A DNA stretch of 55,508 nt, counting the filler, from Bipalium vagum (lineage: Eukaryota): the NCBI GenBank assembly GCA_037834085.1. It is 3 parts of 3 records of this genome, joined end to end, with 100 filler letters (N's around TTAATTAATTAA, not from the genome) between each part and the next. Parts side by side here need not be neighbours in the genome. Positions count along the whole stretch, not along the records: positions 1 to 17,780 come from JBBMKC010051548.1; positions 17,881 to 39,301 come from JBBMKC010237896.1; 1 more part is not named here. One strand, given 5' to 3'. Positions 12,076-24,495 of this stretch are shown piece by piece. Made by a program: the position numbers and the translations under genes. Each line of letters opens with the position of its first letter. Position 1 is the stretch's first letter. The notes under the pieces are model-generated. The model had not been told where the DNA came from, made no database searches, and saw nothing but the letters and a program-made list of their open reading frames with translations.

Positions 12076-12699
12076 CTAAAAATAATGAGAAATCCGGTTA
12101 CGGTTCGTTTGGATAAGAATAAATGATTTGAATTTGTTATCTCAATTTTGAATATTTAAACAAAGTCATTAAGTTTTTTCATAATTAATGATAAACTTTG
12201 TTAATTAATTAAAATATTTCTAAAAATATTTAAAGGTTATTTATTTATTTATATTTATATTTATATATATTAATAATCTTATATTTTTAAACCAGGTTGC
12301 AAAAATAAATGCTTATAAAATTAATAAGATGATAAATAAAACTTAATTAACAGATGACTATTAAGATTCAGTATTAATTTATCAACTCAAACACTACAAA
12401 CCTATAAATTCAAAATAATTAGATATTTTTTAAACTTGAAGAAATTTTAAAATAAGGTTATTATTAAAGTTTGAAAATTAAATATTCCTTAACTCATTGA
12501 AAGATCTACGTTCGCTTTCAGAATACATGTTCGTTGTGGAAGTAGCAATGAACACTAGAATACCGGATAACAATTTTAGACTACCCTCTAAAAATATTTA
12601 AATTAGCAAAAGGTGAGCGAAAAATTAGGACAGTACCTAATACAAGTTTTTGAGGACTGTGTATTAAATACTGTAGAAAATCCAAAAAAATAAAAACGG

Positions 12700-13090
12700 A
12701 CAGGAATTTTTTCCAGATTTTTTCGGAATATAATTAGGCATGGAAACATTGTGTTTGGTTTATTTATTATTTATCATTTATTTCTTTAGTAATGATTTGT
12801 TTTAATTTTAATGTAATCATATTTGTTAAACTTTGTTTTAGTAATATTCGCCTTCTTTGTGGTTTGATTCTCAGACATTATCTGCTACATTAAATTTTCT
12901 GTGGCCTTCTTGTTCTTTTTAAATGAGCTCATTTTATTCGCTGCCATCTCCAAATTTTATTTATCTGTTTCCAGAAATAAGTTATTGATGTTTCTGTGAA
13001 GGCTTACTGGATTTCCAAACACTATTTCAAAAGGTGAAAACTTAATCAAACTCTTCTTGTAAGCAATTCATACCAGTTCCTTTTTCTACA
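12700..13090 (-). mobile_element. Retroviral-type integrase C-terminal remnant
   Basis: SLIKFSPFEIVFG motif; otherwise heavily decayed. Confidence 0.4.
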
Positions 13091-13476
13091 TCCACTTTGT
13101 GTTTTAATATACTATGAAAACTACATTTATATGTAGAATTATTTTTAATATATTTTTATCTCGGTATGCATTTGTCGTTAAAAATCAACAAGTCAATACG
13201 GTCGAATTATAACAACAAAAACCGATGGTTAAAAATTATTTTTACTGACTAGTTCACATAAAAATATAATATAATAAAGCTTATCAATAGTAATTATTAA
13301 TAATAAAATAACATTTTTGCAACTAATCTGTATTTTCTTTATGCCTAAATGGCAGAATGAGAAAATACTTTTTACTTTTACCCAAGAGAGCTTTTTGGAT
13401 AAATAATGTCCTGATTAAGGGCAAATTAATTACGATCTGAAAATGTAGGAAAAAAGTCAATTAGCTCTCCGTTCTA

Positions 13477-14150
13477 TTAGGGTGTCCCATATGCTATGTT
13501 ACTTTATCACCATCATCATTTATGGATTGTTTTTTGACACTTATTGTTTTGCTTAGCAAATATGGTAAACATTTCAAGGCTAATTATTTAGCGGATTACG
13601 AATATCACATTGATTTTATTTCAATATATCAATAATTGTGGTAACTTTGTTTGATAACATGAATAAAAGATGGCGCTTAGAGTAGTAATAAGGTTCGTCT
13701 GGAAAGAAGGTTTAAGCGCGCAAGCAACTGTAGCCAAAATCTGTAAAGTTGAAGATGAAGGGACTATCACCAGAATGACTGTGTTGAGATGATTCAGAAA
13801 ATTCAACGAAGTGGACATCAGCTTGGAAGATCGACCGAAATTTGGAAGGCCTTCCACTGTGGATTCGGAATCGTGGCGGCAGCTGCAGAATGGAGTTCAC
13901 TAAAAAGCACTCAGAGATTTTCAGCCAAGCTGGGAGCATCAGAATCCACTGTTCACAGAAAGTTGCAAGAGCTTGGGATGGTAACGGATGCTGTAGAATA
14001 GTGCCCCATGAGCTGGCGCCCGCACAAGCACAACAAAAAGTGGATGTCTGCCGGGAGCTGAGCAAAACTACCTTCGATTTGCGCCAAATTTGACCCATAG
14101 TAACTAGTGGTGAAAAATGGATATTTTTCAGAAATCCTAATACCGGTGAC
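13477..14150 (+). mobile_element. mariner 5' half
   Basis: TIR TTAGGGTGTCCCAT; LRVVIRFVW, SLEDRPKFGRP, IVPHEL, IVTSGEKWIFF with stops and frameshifts. Confidence 0.85.
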
Positions 14151-16176
14151 CTACCAGAAATGGGTATATAAATTCAGCTCTGGAAACAGGAGAGATATCC
14201 AAAAGAGAAACTTGAAAAACTATTTATAATTTTCTAGCAATTGAGAAAATTTTTATTTATTTGAAAATTCAGTTTATTCAAAAATAAATTTGAATAAAAT
14301 AAATATAAATAGAATAACTGAATTTAAAATAAAATTAATTAAAATAAAGTAATGTGTTTAGAGGTATAAGGTTGTGATTAAACTCTATCGTGATGAGTCT
14401 ATGTAAACTCCCTTTTTTACTCACTAGTAAAGCATTAAATTATGATAAAGACATTTGAAAACTGTGCAAGGTGAAACATGACCCCAACCAGGTTCTAAAA
14501 AATCTACGGGTATTCCAATAGACGCGGAAATCTAAATGAGGTCAAATGTATGTAATATCTTTTTATTTTGTCTTTGTTAGCTGCGATATCAACAAAATCA
14601 GTATATTTGGATATATTTTGAATGTCTTTTTAAGACAATAATACTTAAATTAATTTTCTATTCTTAATAAATTAATATTGTGCCAATAAGTATTATTTTA
14701 AAATAGTTATATAGAAAATTAAATTCATTAAAACTTTTAATTAGTCACAATGTAATAATTTAAAAATTAGAAATCAGTTTAAATACTCACAGCCTTAGTT
14801 CATTTAAGTCGTTTAATTTGCATTTCATCATTTGAGTATCATATCGAGTTGATTTCACTTCAATTTGGATTTTTCGTTTTTCCATTATTCATTATTGATT
14901 TGGCGGAGGTAATTAATTTGTTTTAGAGATTTTAGAAGTCATTGTGTTATATTGAAATAAGCAATTGTGAAGTTCATCAGGTATATATCAAGACATCATG
15001 TGACCTTAATGATAACTCCTGATATTATATTGATTTGATCATTGTAGTTTTATTATTTATAGATTGAATTAATCCTTCAACTGCTGAATTTATTATTTTC
15101 GTTTTGAACTCAAACATTAGATTTTGAAGTGAGATAAATTACGCGTTTGGTTAACATTCATAATGCTAACTATTATCAATAACTATACTTAAGTAATTTA
15201 ACTAAAGGTTACATATATGAGTGTAATGATATAATAAAACGATAAAGAATTATTATACATGAGTAAAATGTAAACGTTATTGAACCTTTTAGGTATCTTA
15301 TATTAAATCAAGAGATAAGAAAGTATGCCTTTTTAGTTATAATTCTAAATAAGGAAGAGATTAATATGTAACCATTGTGCTTAACAAGAATTTTGATTTA
15401 AAAGTATAGTATATGTTAATATGCAAACAATTTTTGATGATTGCTGTATAATTTAGTTGACAAATATTGATTACGAGACTTGAGGAAGTGATGAATACTG
15501 ACAAAAATCAAGAGTAGGAAATTTTAGTAAACTCGTTTTTTGCAAGCAGGATCTATTTAATTCTTTAAAATCTTCTGATCATCCAGCTAAAGCACGACAA
15601 TTCCAGATGCCTGTAGATAGAAATCAACGTTATCATGTTAATTCTAGAACAGAGATATATTTTGAGTTGAAGCTCTACGAACTATACTTATCTGAGAATA
15701 TTTCCATTAGGCAGTTTGAAGTCAATGACTCTACAGAGTCAGTAATAGACTCTTATATCCTCATTAATAAAATCCGAGGTATCAGAAAAAGATATAAAGA
15801 TTTTTGTAAGTTTCATTTGTAAGAGTAAAACTACAAATAATAATTGTTTATTAAAGAACTCCTTTTAAAAAAGACTACCTACCAAAAATGGTCTATATTT
15901 AATGAATAACAATTTTCAATATTTAAGGATGGTTAAAGAAGTATTGGTCACCTTAGCAGAAATAAATAAGTAATTAATAAAAATATAATAATGTCATTAG
16001 AAAACAATAATACTGTATAATAATTAGGAGGTCCAAAGGTTAAAATTCATAGTTTTCCCCAATATCCTCTTATTAAGGTAACATGGTGATAACGATTGAC
16101 CTCAACCTCTTAGGTACTTTGTGTAAGGTTGTCCGCTAATGGATATGACATATTTTGAATAAATTATTTCTCATAT

Positions 16177-16770
16177 ATCAGGTAACGAACTAAGCTTTTT
16201 CGTTTTTTCAGTTGTTAAAATTTGTTAGCGCCTGGAATTCTCATTTATCTACCGATTAAAATTTTCTTTGTTTTAGTTTGCTGCTTAAACATGTGAGTTT
16301 CAAATTTACTGTATAATTAATGTTATTAACCATTTTCCTCAGGAATAGGTTCTCCAAAAGTTTGCTGGACAAATTACAAATTCGAGCAATTATTTATTAA
16401 GAATGTATAAATAATACAAGCACAAATAAAAGTTTCAAAACTTAACGAGGTGCTTGGTTAAGGAACAATGCAACTGTGAACAGTGCAAAATTGGTTCAAA
16501 AAATTAAATAGTGGCGATTTTTCATTGGAAGACAAAGAGAGGTCTGGAAGGCCAAAAGAGCTGAAGGATTGTCAAATTAAGAACCTTCTTGAACAAATTA
16601 GTGCTAAACAAATCGTTTCTGAGTTAAACATAAGCGATACAGCCATAAGAAACAGACTGAAAGCTTCATAATTCATTTGTAAACTAGACAAATGGGCTCC
16701 TCAGCAACTAGCTGGAAAAAACAAATTAGATCGCATTGAAATTTCTTCAAGGCTTCTCGAAAGAAACTGA
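16177..16770 (+). mobile_element. mariner 5' half
   Basis: VQNWFKKLNSGDFSLEDKERSGRP HTH region and KLDKWAPQQL (WVPHEL-like). Confidence 0.85.
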
Positions 16771-16774
16771 AATG

Positions 16775-17160
16775 ATGGAGAACAGTTCTAACCTACATTC
16801 GTCAATACAAATGACCTTGTTCCAAAAAGAAGAAAGTAATTTGCCATGGTCTCTGCACCAATTTAAGCAATTCTTTGTATGTATCTCATTTAATAGTAGT
16901 TTCATCGCTGCAATCTATCAAAACAATTTTAAGATTACACTTCCAGTAGCTACTGAAGAAGTTTGACATGCTTTCAAATGAATCAAAAGTTGATGTTCTG
17001 TTTTCTTGGGATTATTCTTCGAATAAAAAATTAGCAATCTTTCAGATCTCTGCGTATTTGTTTAATGTTTTTTATGTTTTTTAAACTTGTGCTAAATACG
17101 TTCATCTTTCAACTTTTCAGTAGCTAGTTTTTTCATATTCATCAATAACCGACCCATATT
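16775..17160 (-). mobile_element. Tc1-like transposase remnant
   Basis: IAAMKLLLNEIHTKNCLNWCRDH resembles Tc1 'KKPLL...RLxWAxxH'. Confidence 0.4.
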
Positions 17161-17780
17161 TAATCAAAATATTTCTAAAAATTAAAGAATATATAAGGTA
17201 ACAATGAGTAAAATAATATAAATATAGCTTTATTTTTTTAATTATTGAAAACTTGAAAATTGCTTATGTTGGGATCCATAGAAAAAGAGATCTCAGCACC
17301 CATCAATTCAAATCTAAAGCCCATAAAGGAACAAGAGCCGTTACAGCCGGAACAAGAGCTTATGGAGGATGATTCTCCAAAGCTCATAATTGACACCTAA
17401 ATAACATTGTAATTGTGAAAATTTGCATGAAAAAGCCTTGTTAGGTTTACTTTCTCTTATATTATGATTCCTTTTACGTGTTATTCTATATTTTATTTTA
17501 TATTTTATAAAGAATAATAATATTTAAATTATACATTCATTTTTAATTAATATAAATAAATAAAATAATAATAATATAACTTGTGGGTTGAAGTTAATTA
17601 AAACTTAACCCACAAAATTAGTAAAAAGTAATTAAAATGAATAATAATTATAATAATTATTATCGTAAAACCAAGAAGACTTTAATTATTTAATATTATT
17701 ATTGTGATAAGAGTTGTATTTGTTTTACAAAATATATTTTTGTAATAAAAATCGGATCTTAGAACACTCATTTGTTATAC

Positions 17781-17880
17781 NNNNNNNNNNNNNNNNNNNN
17801 NNNNNNNNNNNNNNNNNNNNNNNNTTAATTAATTAANNNNNNNNNNNNNNNNNNNNNNNNNNNNNNNNNNNNNNNNNNNN
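17781..17880. other. Assembly gap with six-frame-stop linker TTAATTAATTAA
   Basis: 100 nt of N containing TTAATTAATTAA at 17825-17836. Confidence 0.97.
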
Positions 17881-17952
17881 ATTTAACGAAACTTTGATAT
17901 AACGAAGTAATTTGATCGGTCCCTTGAAATTCGTTATATCGAGACTGAACTG
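17881..17952. mobile_element. pogo/Tigger-type terminus
   Basis: Reverse complement TA-CAGTTCAGTCTCGATATAACGAATTTCAAGGGACCG with repeated TATAACGAA motifs. Confidence 0.7.
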
Positions 17953-18486
17953 TATGTGGAATTATATCAGGTTATAAATTATAAAATAGATACACTTAAT
18001 AACAAACTATCAATGAAATTAATCAAAGTAAACGCCTTCAGAACATATACACTTCTTCTATGTCGTCTATTAAAACAAGCCATGGAATTTTATTACACGG
18101 TCATTTTATTACATACAACAGTATAAAATTTTAAGTTCATGTTATTAATTCTATGAAAAATACTTCCTCAGCAAATGATTTTTTCAAGTACCAAAAGAAG
18201 TGTATTTATAAGTCTATTTAAAGGAAATTAAGTAGGTATCATTAGAAAAAGTAAAATATAATTAAAAATTAAAATAATAATTTTTCTTAATTTTAGAAAA
18301 TTTTAAAGAATCACAAACATTTGGATATTTTTAAAATTTAATTATTTAATTAAGTTAAGTATTTCGTAGAAAATAGATATTTTCACTTATTTTAATGTTT
18401 AAATTTAATTTGAAAATATTTATTTTCATCAGATATTTTACTTTGTTTAGTCGTTGTAAATGAAATTAAGAGTTATTTATTTCTAA

Positions 18487-18603
18487 ATGTTTAAATTGCT
18501 TTTATTTGGTTCTGCAGCGATGTCCTCTTTTTATACGATATGTCAGCATTCAAGTAATTTTAAAGGATATACATTGTTTCGTCTGGGAAGAGCTGGTTTT
18601 ACC
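18487..18603 (+). CDS. ADCK1: ADCK1 (aarF/ABC1/UbiB atypical kinase) exon 1
   Basis: ATG, MFKLLLFGSAAMSSFY...LFRLGRAGFT (resembles ADCK1 VRVGRAVAT), donor gtaaaa, 45-nt intron ending tttAG. Confidence 0.75.
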
Positions 18604-18648
18604 GTAAAAGATTTAAAACAATTTTCCTAAAGAATTCTTGAAATTTAG

Positions 18649-18732
18649 GTTTCATCAATAACTTTAAATTACAAATTGTTTTATTTGAGGAATAAGCCAG
18701 AGGATGAAAATTATGATTTTTCTTTATCAGAA
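18649..18732 (+). CDS. ADCK1: ADCK1 exon 2
   Basis: VSSITLNYKLFYLRNKPEDENYDFSLSE between AG and gtttgc; followed by a 45-nt phase-0 intron. Confidence 0.75.
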
Positions 18733-18777
18733 GTTTGCAAAATGTTTACTATTACAGTATTTTTAATATTGATAAAG

Positions 18778-18981
18778 ATTCACAAAGCGTCAGCTGAAAA
18801 GTTGCTAAACCTTTGCATCGCCAACGGCGGGTGTTACATAAAATTAGGTCAGCATTTGGGGAGTCTCACGTACCTACTTCCCGAAGAGTATGTCAGCACA
18901 CTGAAAGTACTTCACGACAGCGTTCCAAATGAATTGTTCGAAAATATCCATCGGATAATTGAAGAAGAACTCGAAGCTGAA
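18778..18981 (+). CDS. ADCK1: ADCK1 exon 3
   Basis: IHKASAEKLLNLCIANGGCYIKLGQHLGSLTYLLPEEYVSTLKVLHD contains the UbiB KxGQ motif and closely resembles ADCK1; donor gtattt. Confidence 0.92.
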
Positions 18982-20399
18982 GTATTTTTTCCTTGCTAAT
19001 TTTAATTAAATTATAAATAAAATAATTTTTAATTAAAATCAAACGTTAATCAATTAATAAAATTCTCAAAGGACCCAGTAATATTTTAATGAGTTCAGTT
19101 TAAAAATTTAACATTAGAATCAATAATTATTTATCTGAATTTCGTTGTTTGTCAATTGATAATTAATTCAATATATATTTTTTATTTGTCGATTTTCAAT
19201 ATTGAATTAAGTTGGAAATATTTGAAAATCAAAATCAAAGTTCAATTTGTTATCCATCGATTTATTGGAAACAAGTCCAATCTCTAATCGATTTCATTTT
19301 TTGTAAATCTTCAGAAAATTTACATGTTCAATTTCTTCAATCTCAGTCTTTGATTCCCTCTCTTCGATAATTTTCTTTCCATCTTATTGGAGTCTATCTA
19401 TCGATTGTGAAACATTTTTCGAAGTCGATATCGGTTGTTCTGAACGCTCTTAAAATGGTTTTCTTGATAGATCGAGTGAGATGATTGGAAGTCGTTGAAT
19501 ATACGGTGGGTTGTCTGTGTATCCCAAAAACTGGTTTTCAGCACAAAAAAACGAGACGTTGACATAATTCTGGTCTTTTTTTGTGACGGATATCACAGGT
19601 TATCACGTTTATTTATTTTTCAGCTTATCTCCTGAAAAATAGTAGAAGGGAGAACCAGGTTTTGCGGACATGATCCCAAAATCTGTTTTCACTATATTTT
19701 CCATTTTTATTTCCTCTTTCCCAAAGTCTGGTTTTCCTTTCTACATAAAAATCCTTATTTTTTTTACTTTTTACATAAAGTACTAAAAGTACCATTTTTT
19801 CATTAATTATTATGGAACATATTATTAAGCCAACAATGGATTTATTTATTTTAATTGGATTTTCTAACATTAAATATACACATACAGACATAATATTTTT
19901 ATCAGTTTGTTTGTCAAATTGATTAACTTGTATTTGTCATAATCTAACCAAAGGATATTCTCTAGGAAAGCAGTTATAAAGAGAAAAATCTATTCTATTG
20001 TTAATAGATTTATTAAAAATACCAATAGATTGTTTTCTACTATATGTTCCTCTTATTCAATGAATGAGATAAAAAACCATTTAAATATGAAGTAAAACTG
20101 ATTTTAAAATCATTAGAAAAATCAACAAAATCTACTTGATTTTTTTTCTTGAGTTAATAAATTAAATTTTTCGATATTAAATGCTAAGTTATAAAATCTA
20201 AATTCAAGATGACATATTCAAAACAATCTGGATATTTATTTATTAATTCTAATAATCTTATATTTTTAAGTTTCTTCTGTAAATAATTATGGATATTCTG
20301 AACATATCCTTATATGTTCTATATAGCCATAACAATAATATATACTAAAATCATACATTTTTTTGAAAAAAAGTAGAAAAAAATATAAAAGTAAAAAAG

Positions 20400-23300
20400 C
20401 CAAGTTTTCTCTTTAAAAATGAATTCAAGATATTATGGTATTTTTCAAAAAGACTGCAAAACACCTACAGGTTTAATATCTCAAAAAATCTAAGTCATAT
20501 AGATAAAATAAATAACGTTCAACCATTAAAAACAGTGTGATCTCTGTGAAGATATTTTTAAAACAGTTGCTGCAAGAATTACACATGAAAAATATTGTGA
20601 TAGAAATCAAAATAACTTAAAATTTCTATATATATAATACTATGATAATATTAATCCAGAAATTTATCAAAATAATTTTAATAATGCAAGTAATATTACC
20701 TTAAAAGATAGATTTCACAATTATTTAATTTCTAGTTTTGAATATGAAATCAATTTTGTTTAAATAAATTTCTTCCTAAAATTAAAGAAGCAATGTTTTA
20801 TCATGTTCAAGATGGAAGACTTTGTAATCCATTTAAATTCTCTAAACTTAAATATTAAACTTATTCATCTAACTGATTCTGAATTTTTAACTTTAAGAAC
20901 TTCATGTGCTGCAGGAATAATATTGATAATAAATAATATTAGGTCATCAAAAGAAAAATTTTATATTAAATTGAGAAGAAATGGAAAATACATGGAAGAG
21001 ATTAAAAATGTCTAGTTGGGTTATTGATAGTTTTTCTATTTTAACTCTATCAATTGATAACGTTAAAGTTTTAAGAGGTAGATCATATGTTGAATTTCCT
21101 TTTAATCTCATTCAATTATAAATATTCAGAACTAAGTTAAAAAATGTTTTATATGCAGTATAATTGTTTTTTCACACATCAAATTCCACATCATAAAGAA
21201 AGAGTAAAATGGTATAAATATTATATTTTATTTTGAATTTTAAACAGATAAAAGGAAAATTAATTAAACTCCGGGTTTTAACTCTCACATAAAAAAATTA
21301 TATTTAAAAATAATAATAATAAATAATAAAATTAAAAAAAATTGGGACCGGGTCTGGGAGTCTCCACAAAGAATATGAATATAAATTTAATTATAATAAT
21401 TAAGATGTCAATGAAAAAAAATATTGGAAAGTATGAAAAAGAAAATGAATTAAGACTAAATTTATGCTTGATTGATTGCATTAATCAAAATTAAATTAAG
21501 AAAATCATGGAGAACATATAAGTTATATTTCTTCACAATATAATAACAATGGAGCACTGTCTGTATTATTTTATGAAGGATATAGACTTAGTCTCAGTGA
21601 ATGTGAGTTATTAATTTTGTGAAAAATGTTTGTTAATAAATATTAATAGATCTGCTTATGAAAAAAATTATAACTCGAATATTAAATAAACCAACAAAAT
21701 ATATCTTTCTTAAACCAGGGTAAAATTTAAATTTTATGAACTATAAATATAAATTAAGATTATCTTTGTGATATCTTTATCTTTGTGTATACATACATAT
21801 GTTGTAAGGCTAACAAATCCTTAGACTAAATTAGAAATATTGAGTATATTTAAATAAAATTTTGCACATCAAATAATAATCATGTATTCATGAAATATAT
21901 GATTTGTTTAAATATTCTAATTTTTGTTTCCACTAGATATAATAAATTCAAAAATATTTTTGAAAATGTAGAATTCCGAAGTGTGATCCGGTTTTTACTA
22001 CTGAAGAGATCTACTAAACAGTAAATTATTAATGAGCTGAAAGGGGTATACTGTGAAGAAGCCTCATGTGAGGCAACCATCTATAACTGGATCCGGGATT
22101 TTTCATCTGGCCGTATAAAAATTTATAAAGCATCCAAAAGTGGAAGGCCTGCTGAAATTAAAGAAGAAAATTGAAAGAAATTGTAAAAAATACTCAAGCT
22201 CAGCTGTCTGAGAGGCTTAATGTATGCAAAAGAATCACCCAGTTGCTTCTATGCCAAAATTGGAATTGCAGGTTCGTGCCGAAATTTATAACAGCCGAGA
22301 TGATGGCTAGACGAAAAATGACCTGTGAAAGGAATCTTCGTCTTCTGGATGTTGGACCAAATTTTTATGGAATATTATAACTACAGACGAGAAGTCATTG
22401 AGTTTCTTCATGCCTTGCTTTAATAGAGAGTCAAAGGTTTTACAAAATGAAAAGCCATCTAAAGTCTTGCGTCTTGGAATTTCGCATCATAAATGTGCCA
22501 TGTTGACCGTCTTTTGGGAATCAATATTTTACTGAAGAAATCATAAATTCGATTACAGTAATCTTTTACTTGAAACCCGAATTGTCCGATGCAAGCCTCA
22601 GAAAGGGATCTTTTTTTGCTCCATGATAACGCTCCTATTCACAAATCAAAGAAGTCCCAAAAAACATTAGCAAAAGCTAGACTTGTGCACATGGACAATC
22701 CCCTTACAGTTAAGGTCTGGCACCAAGAGATTTTTGGTTGTTCAACCATCTGAAGAAACATGCGAGGACAAAAATTTGTTTCAAAGGATGATATGACGGA
22801 TAATGTGACAAAATTCAAATTCCTTATGGAGAAGGATCAAAATTTCATTTAAATGGGCTTTACTGGAATGGTCAACTGGTGGAATATCTGCGTCGATGTA
22901 AACAGCGGTTATGTTGAGACCTATACATGTATATGTATTGTTAATAAAAATTTTGTTCAGTTATCTTCATTATTTCTAAGAGTCTAAGTACTTTTTAGCC
23001 TTATCATATAGAATGTTTTAATGAACCAATAAATGAAAAAAAGTTAAAAGCAACTTATAGAAATATTATCAAATGAATTTCAAAAAAATAATCTTCCTCA
23101 ATTTAATAAGTGTAATTAGTAATCACAAATATATTTAATTATGTAAAAAATATAAATCAAAATTTAATATATAAATACACATACTTTTATTAAATTTCAA
23201 AGGTTAAAAAGTATATCTGATAAAGTTAATGATCATGATCATTATAATGAAAGTTATAGTTGATCTGCTCATTCAAATGTAATCTAATTGCTAGTTTTTC

Positions 23301-23814
23301 AAATTTTATTCTAATATTTTTTCTAAATGGTTCTGGATATGATTTTCATTTGATAATAAAAAATTTAGCAGGTGAGATACAATTAGATGAATAGAGTTCA
23401 AATCGTAATGATGCATTTGATTTAATTCCACAAACAGAGAAAAATAAATGTCATTTAGTTATATGAAAACTTTTAAATTTTCAGATTCCTTAAAATTTCT
23501 TTTGTGTTCTTTAGATGGAAAAGCATTACATGAAAAATATAAAAAATATTTAAAAGAATTTTGTTATGCAATATCAAATAATTCTACATTTGTAAATGAC
23601 TTTAATATATTAGAAAACGGAATTTATCCATATGATTATTTTACTGATTTTGAAAAATGTGTCATATATATATATAAACAGAATTATTACCAAAAGAAGT
23701 ATTTTATTTTAAATAAATATAATATTTCTGATGAAGAATATGAATGATATAAAACTGTGTATACAAACTTTTGTAAAAATCATTGAGAATATAAAATTTT
23801 ATATCTTAAACAAG
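20400..23814 (+). mobile_element. Polinton/Maverick-type protein-primed DNA polymerase B remnant (split by a mariner)
   Basis: LRGRSYVEFP, INIQN, DHDHY...SAHS.CNL, NGSGYDFHLII, FSDSLKFL..SLD, GIYPYDY, ISDEEYE and LYLKQ appear in canonical order, with many stops. Confidence 0.8.
21800..23008 (+). mobile_element. Near full-length decayed mariner inserted in the PolB remnant
   Basis: Imperfect TIRs (TAAGGCTAACAAATCCTTAGACT / AGTCTAAGTACTTTTTAGCCTTA); RSVIRFLLL, RFVPKF, ITTDE, LLHDNAPIH, PPYS.GLAPRDFWLF. Confidence 0.9.
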
Positions 23815-24438
23815 TGTAGGAATCATAAATAAAGAAGAATAGAGAATAGATATTGTAGTCTACATCAACAATATCAATGTGTAATTTTAGTTTCTCAACA
23901 TTTTATGAAGTGACATTGTTTTAGGATAAGTAATAATGGTAGTTTTTTGTATGAAAACTGATTTTCATTGTATAAAAAAAATATATAAAATTTATTAAAT
24001 AATTTAAATAAAATAAAAATTAAATTAAAGGATTTAACAAAATAACAATAAAACCTGGAGCATATCCACTTGCACTCGAGTTGGGAGGAGGAGTTAGGCA
24101 GATCGTCTGGAACCACTAAGAGCATTGGTGGAGATCTAAATTAAAACTACCCTCAACATTCATATTTAAAAATGGTATATAATATATAAGTAGGAATCAA
24201 CGGATTATTAATAATAAATAATAATTACAACATATGTTCCCAAAGAGGAATGATATGAGAATAATAAAAAATAATGGTTTTATATAACAATAACAAATTA
24301 ATAAAAATAAGCTTAATAAATAAATAAAATAGAATATTCATAATAATATATTACGATAAACGTCATTCATAAAACGTATGTGACAATCGTCATTAACAAA
24401 AGCACACATGAGAAGAAAATAGTATAAAAATCATAAAA

Positions 24439-24495
24439 AAATACTACAATTAGTTTATCATAACTAAAATACTACAATTAGTTTAATATAACTAT
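24439..24495. repeat. Two-copy tandem duplication (about 27 bp)
   Basis: aaatactacaattagtttatcataact followed by aaatactacaattagtttaatataact. Confidence 0.8.

Noticed and set aside
17825-17836. TTAATTAATTAA palindrome inside N runs (also 39346-39357)
   Set aside because: Artificial six-frame-stop linker added during scaffolding; not biological.
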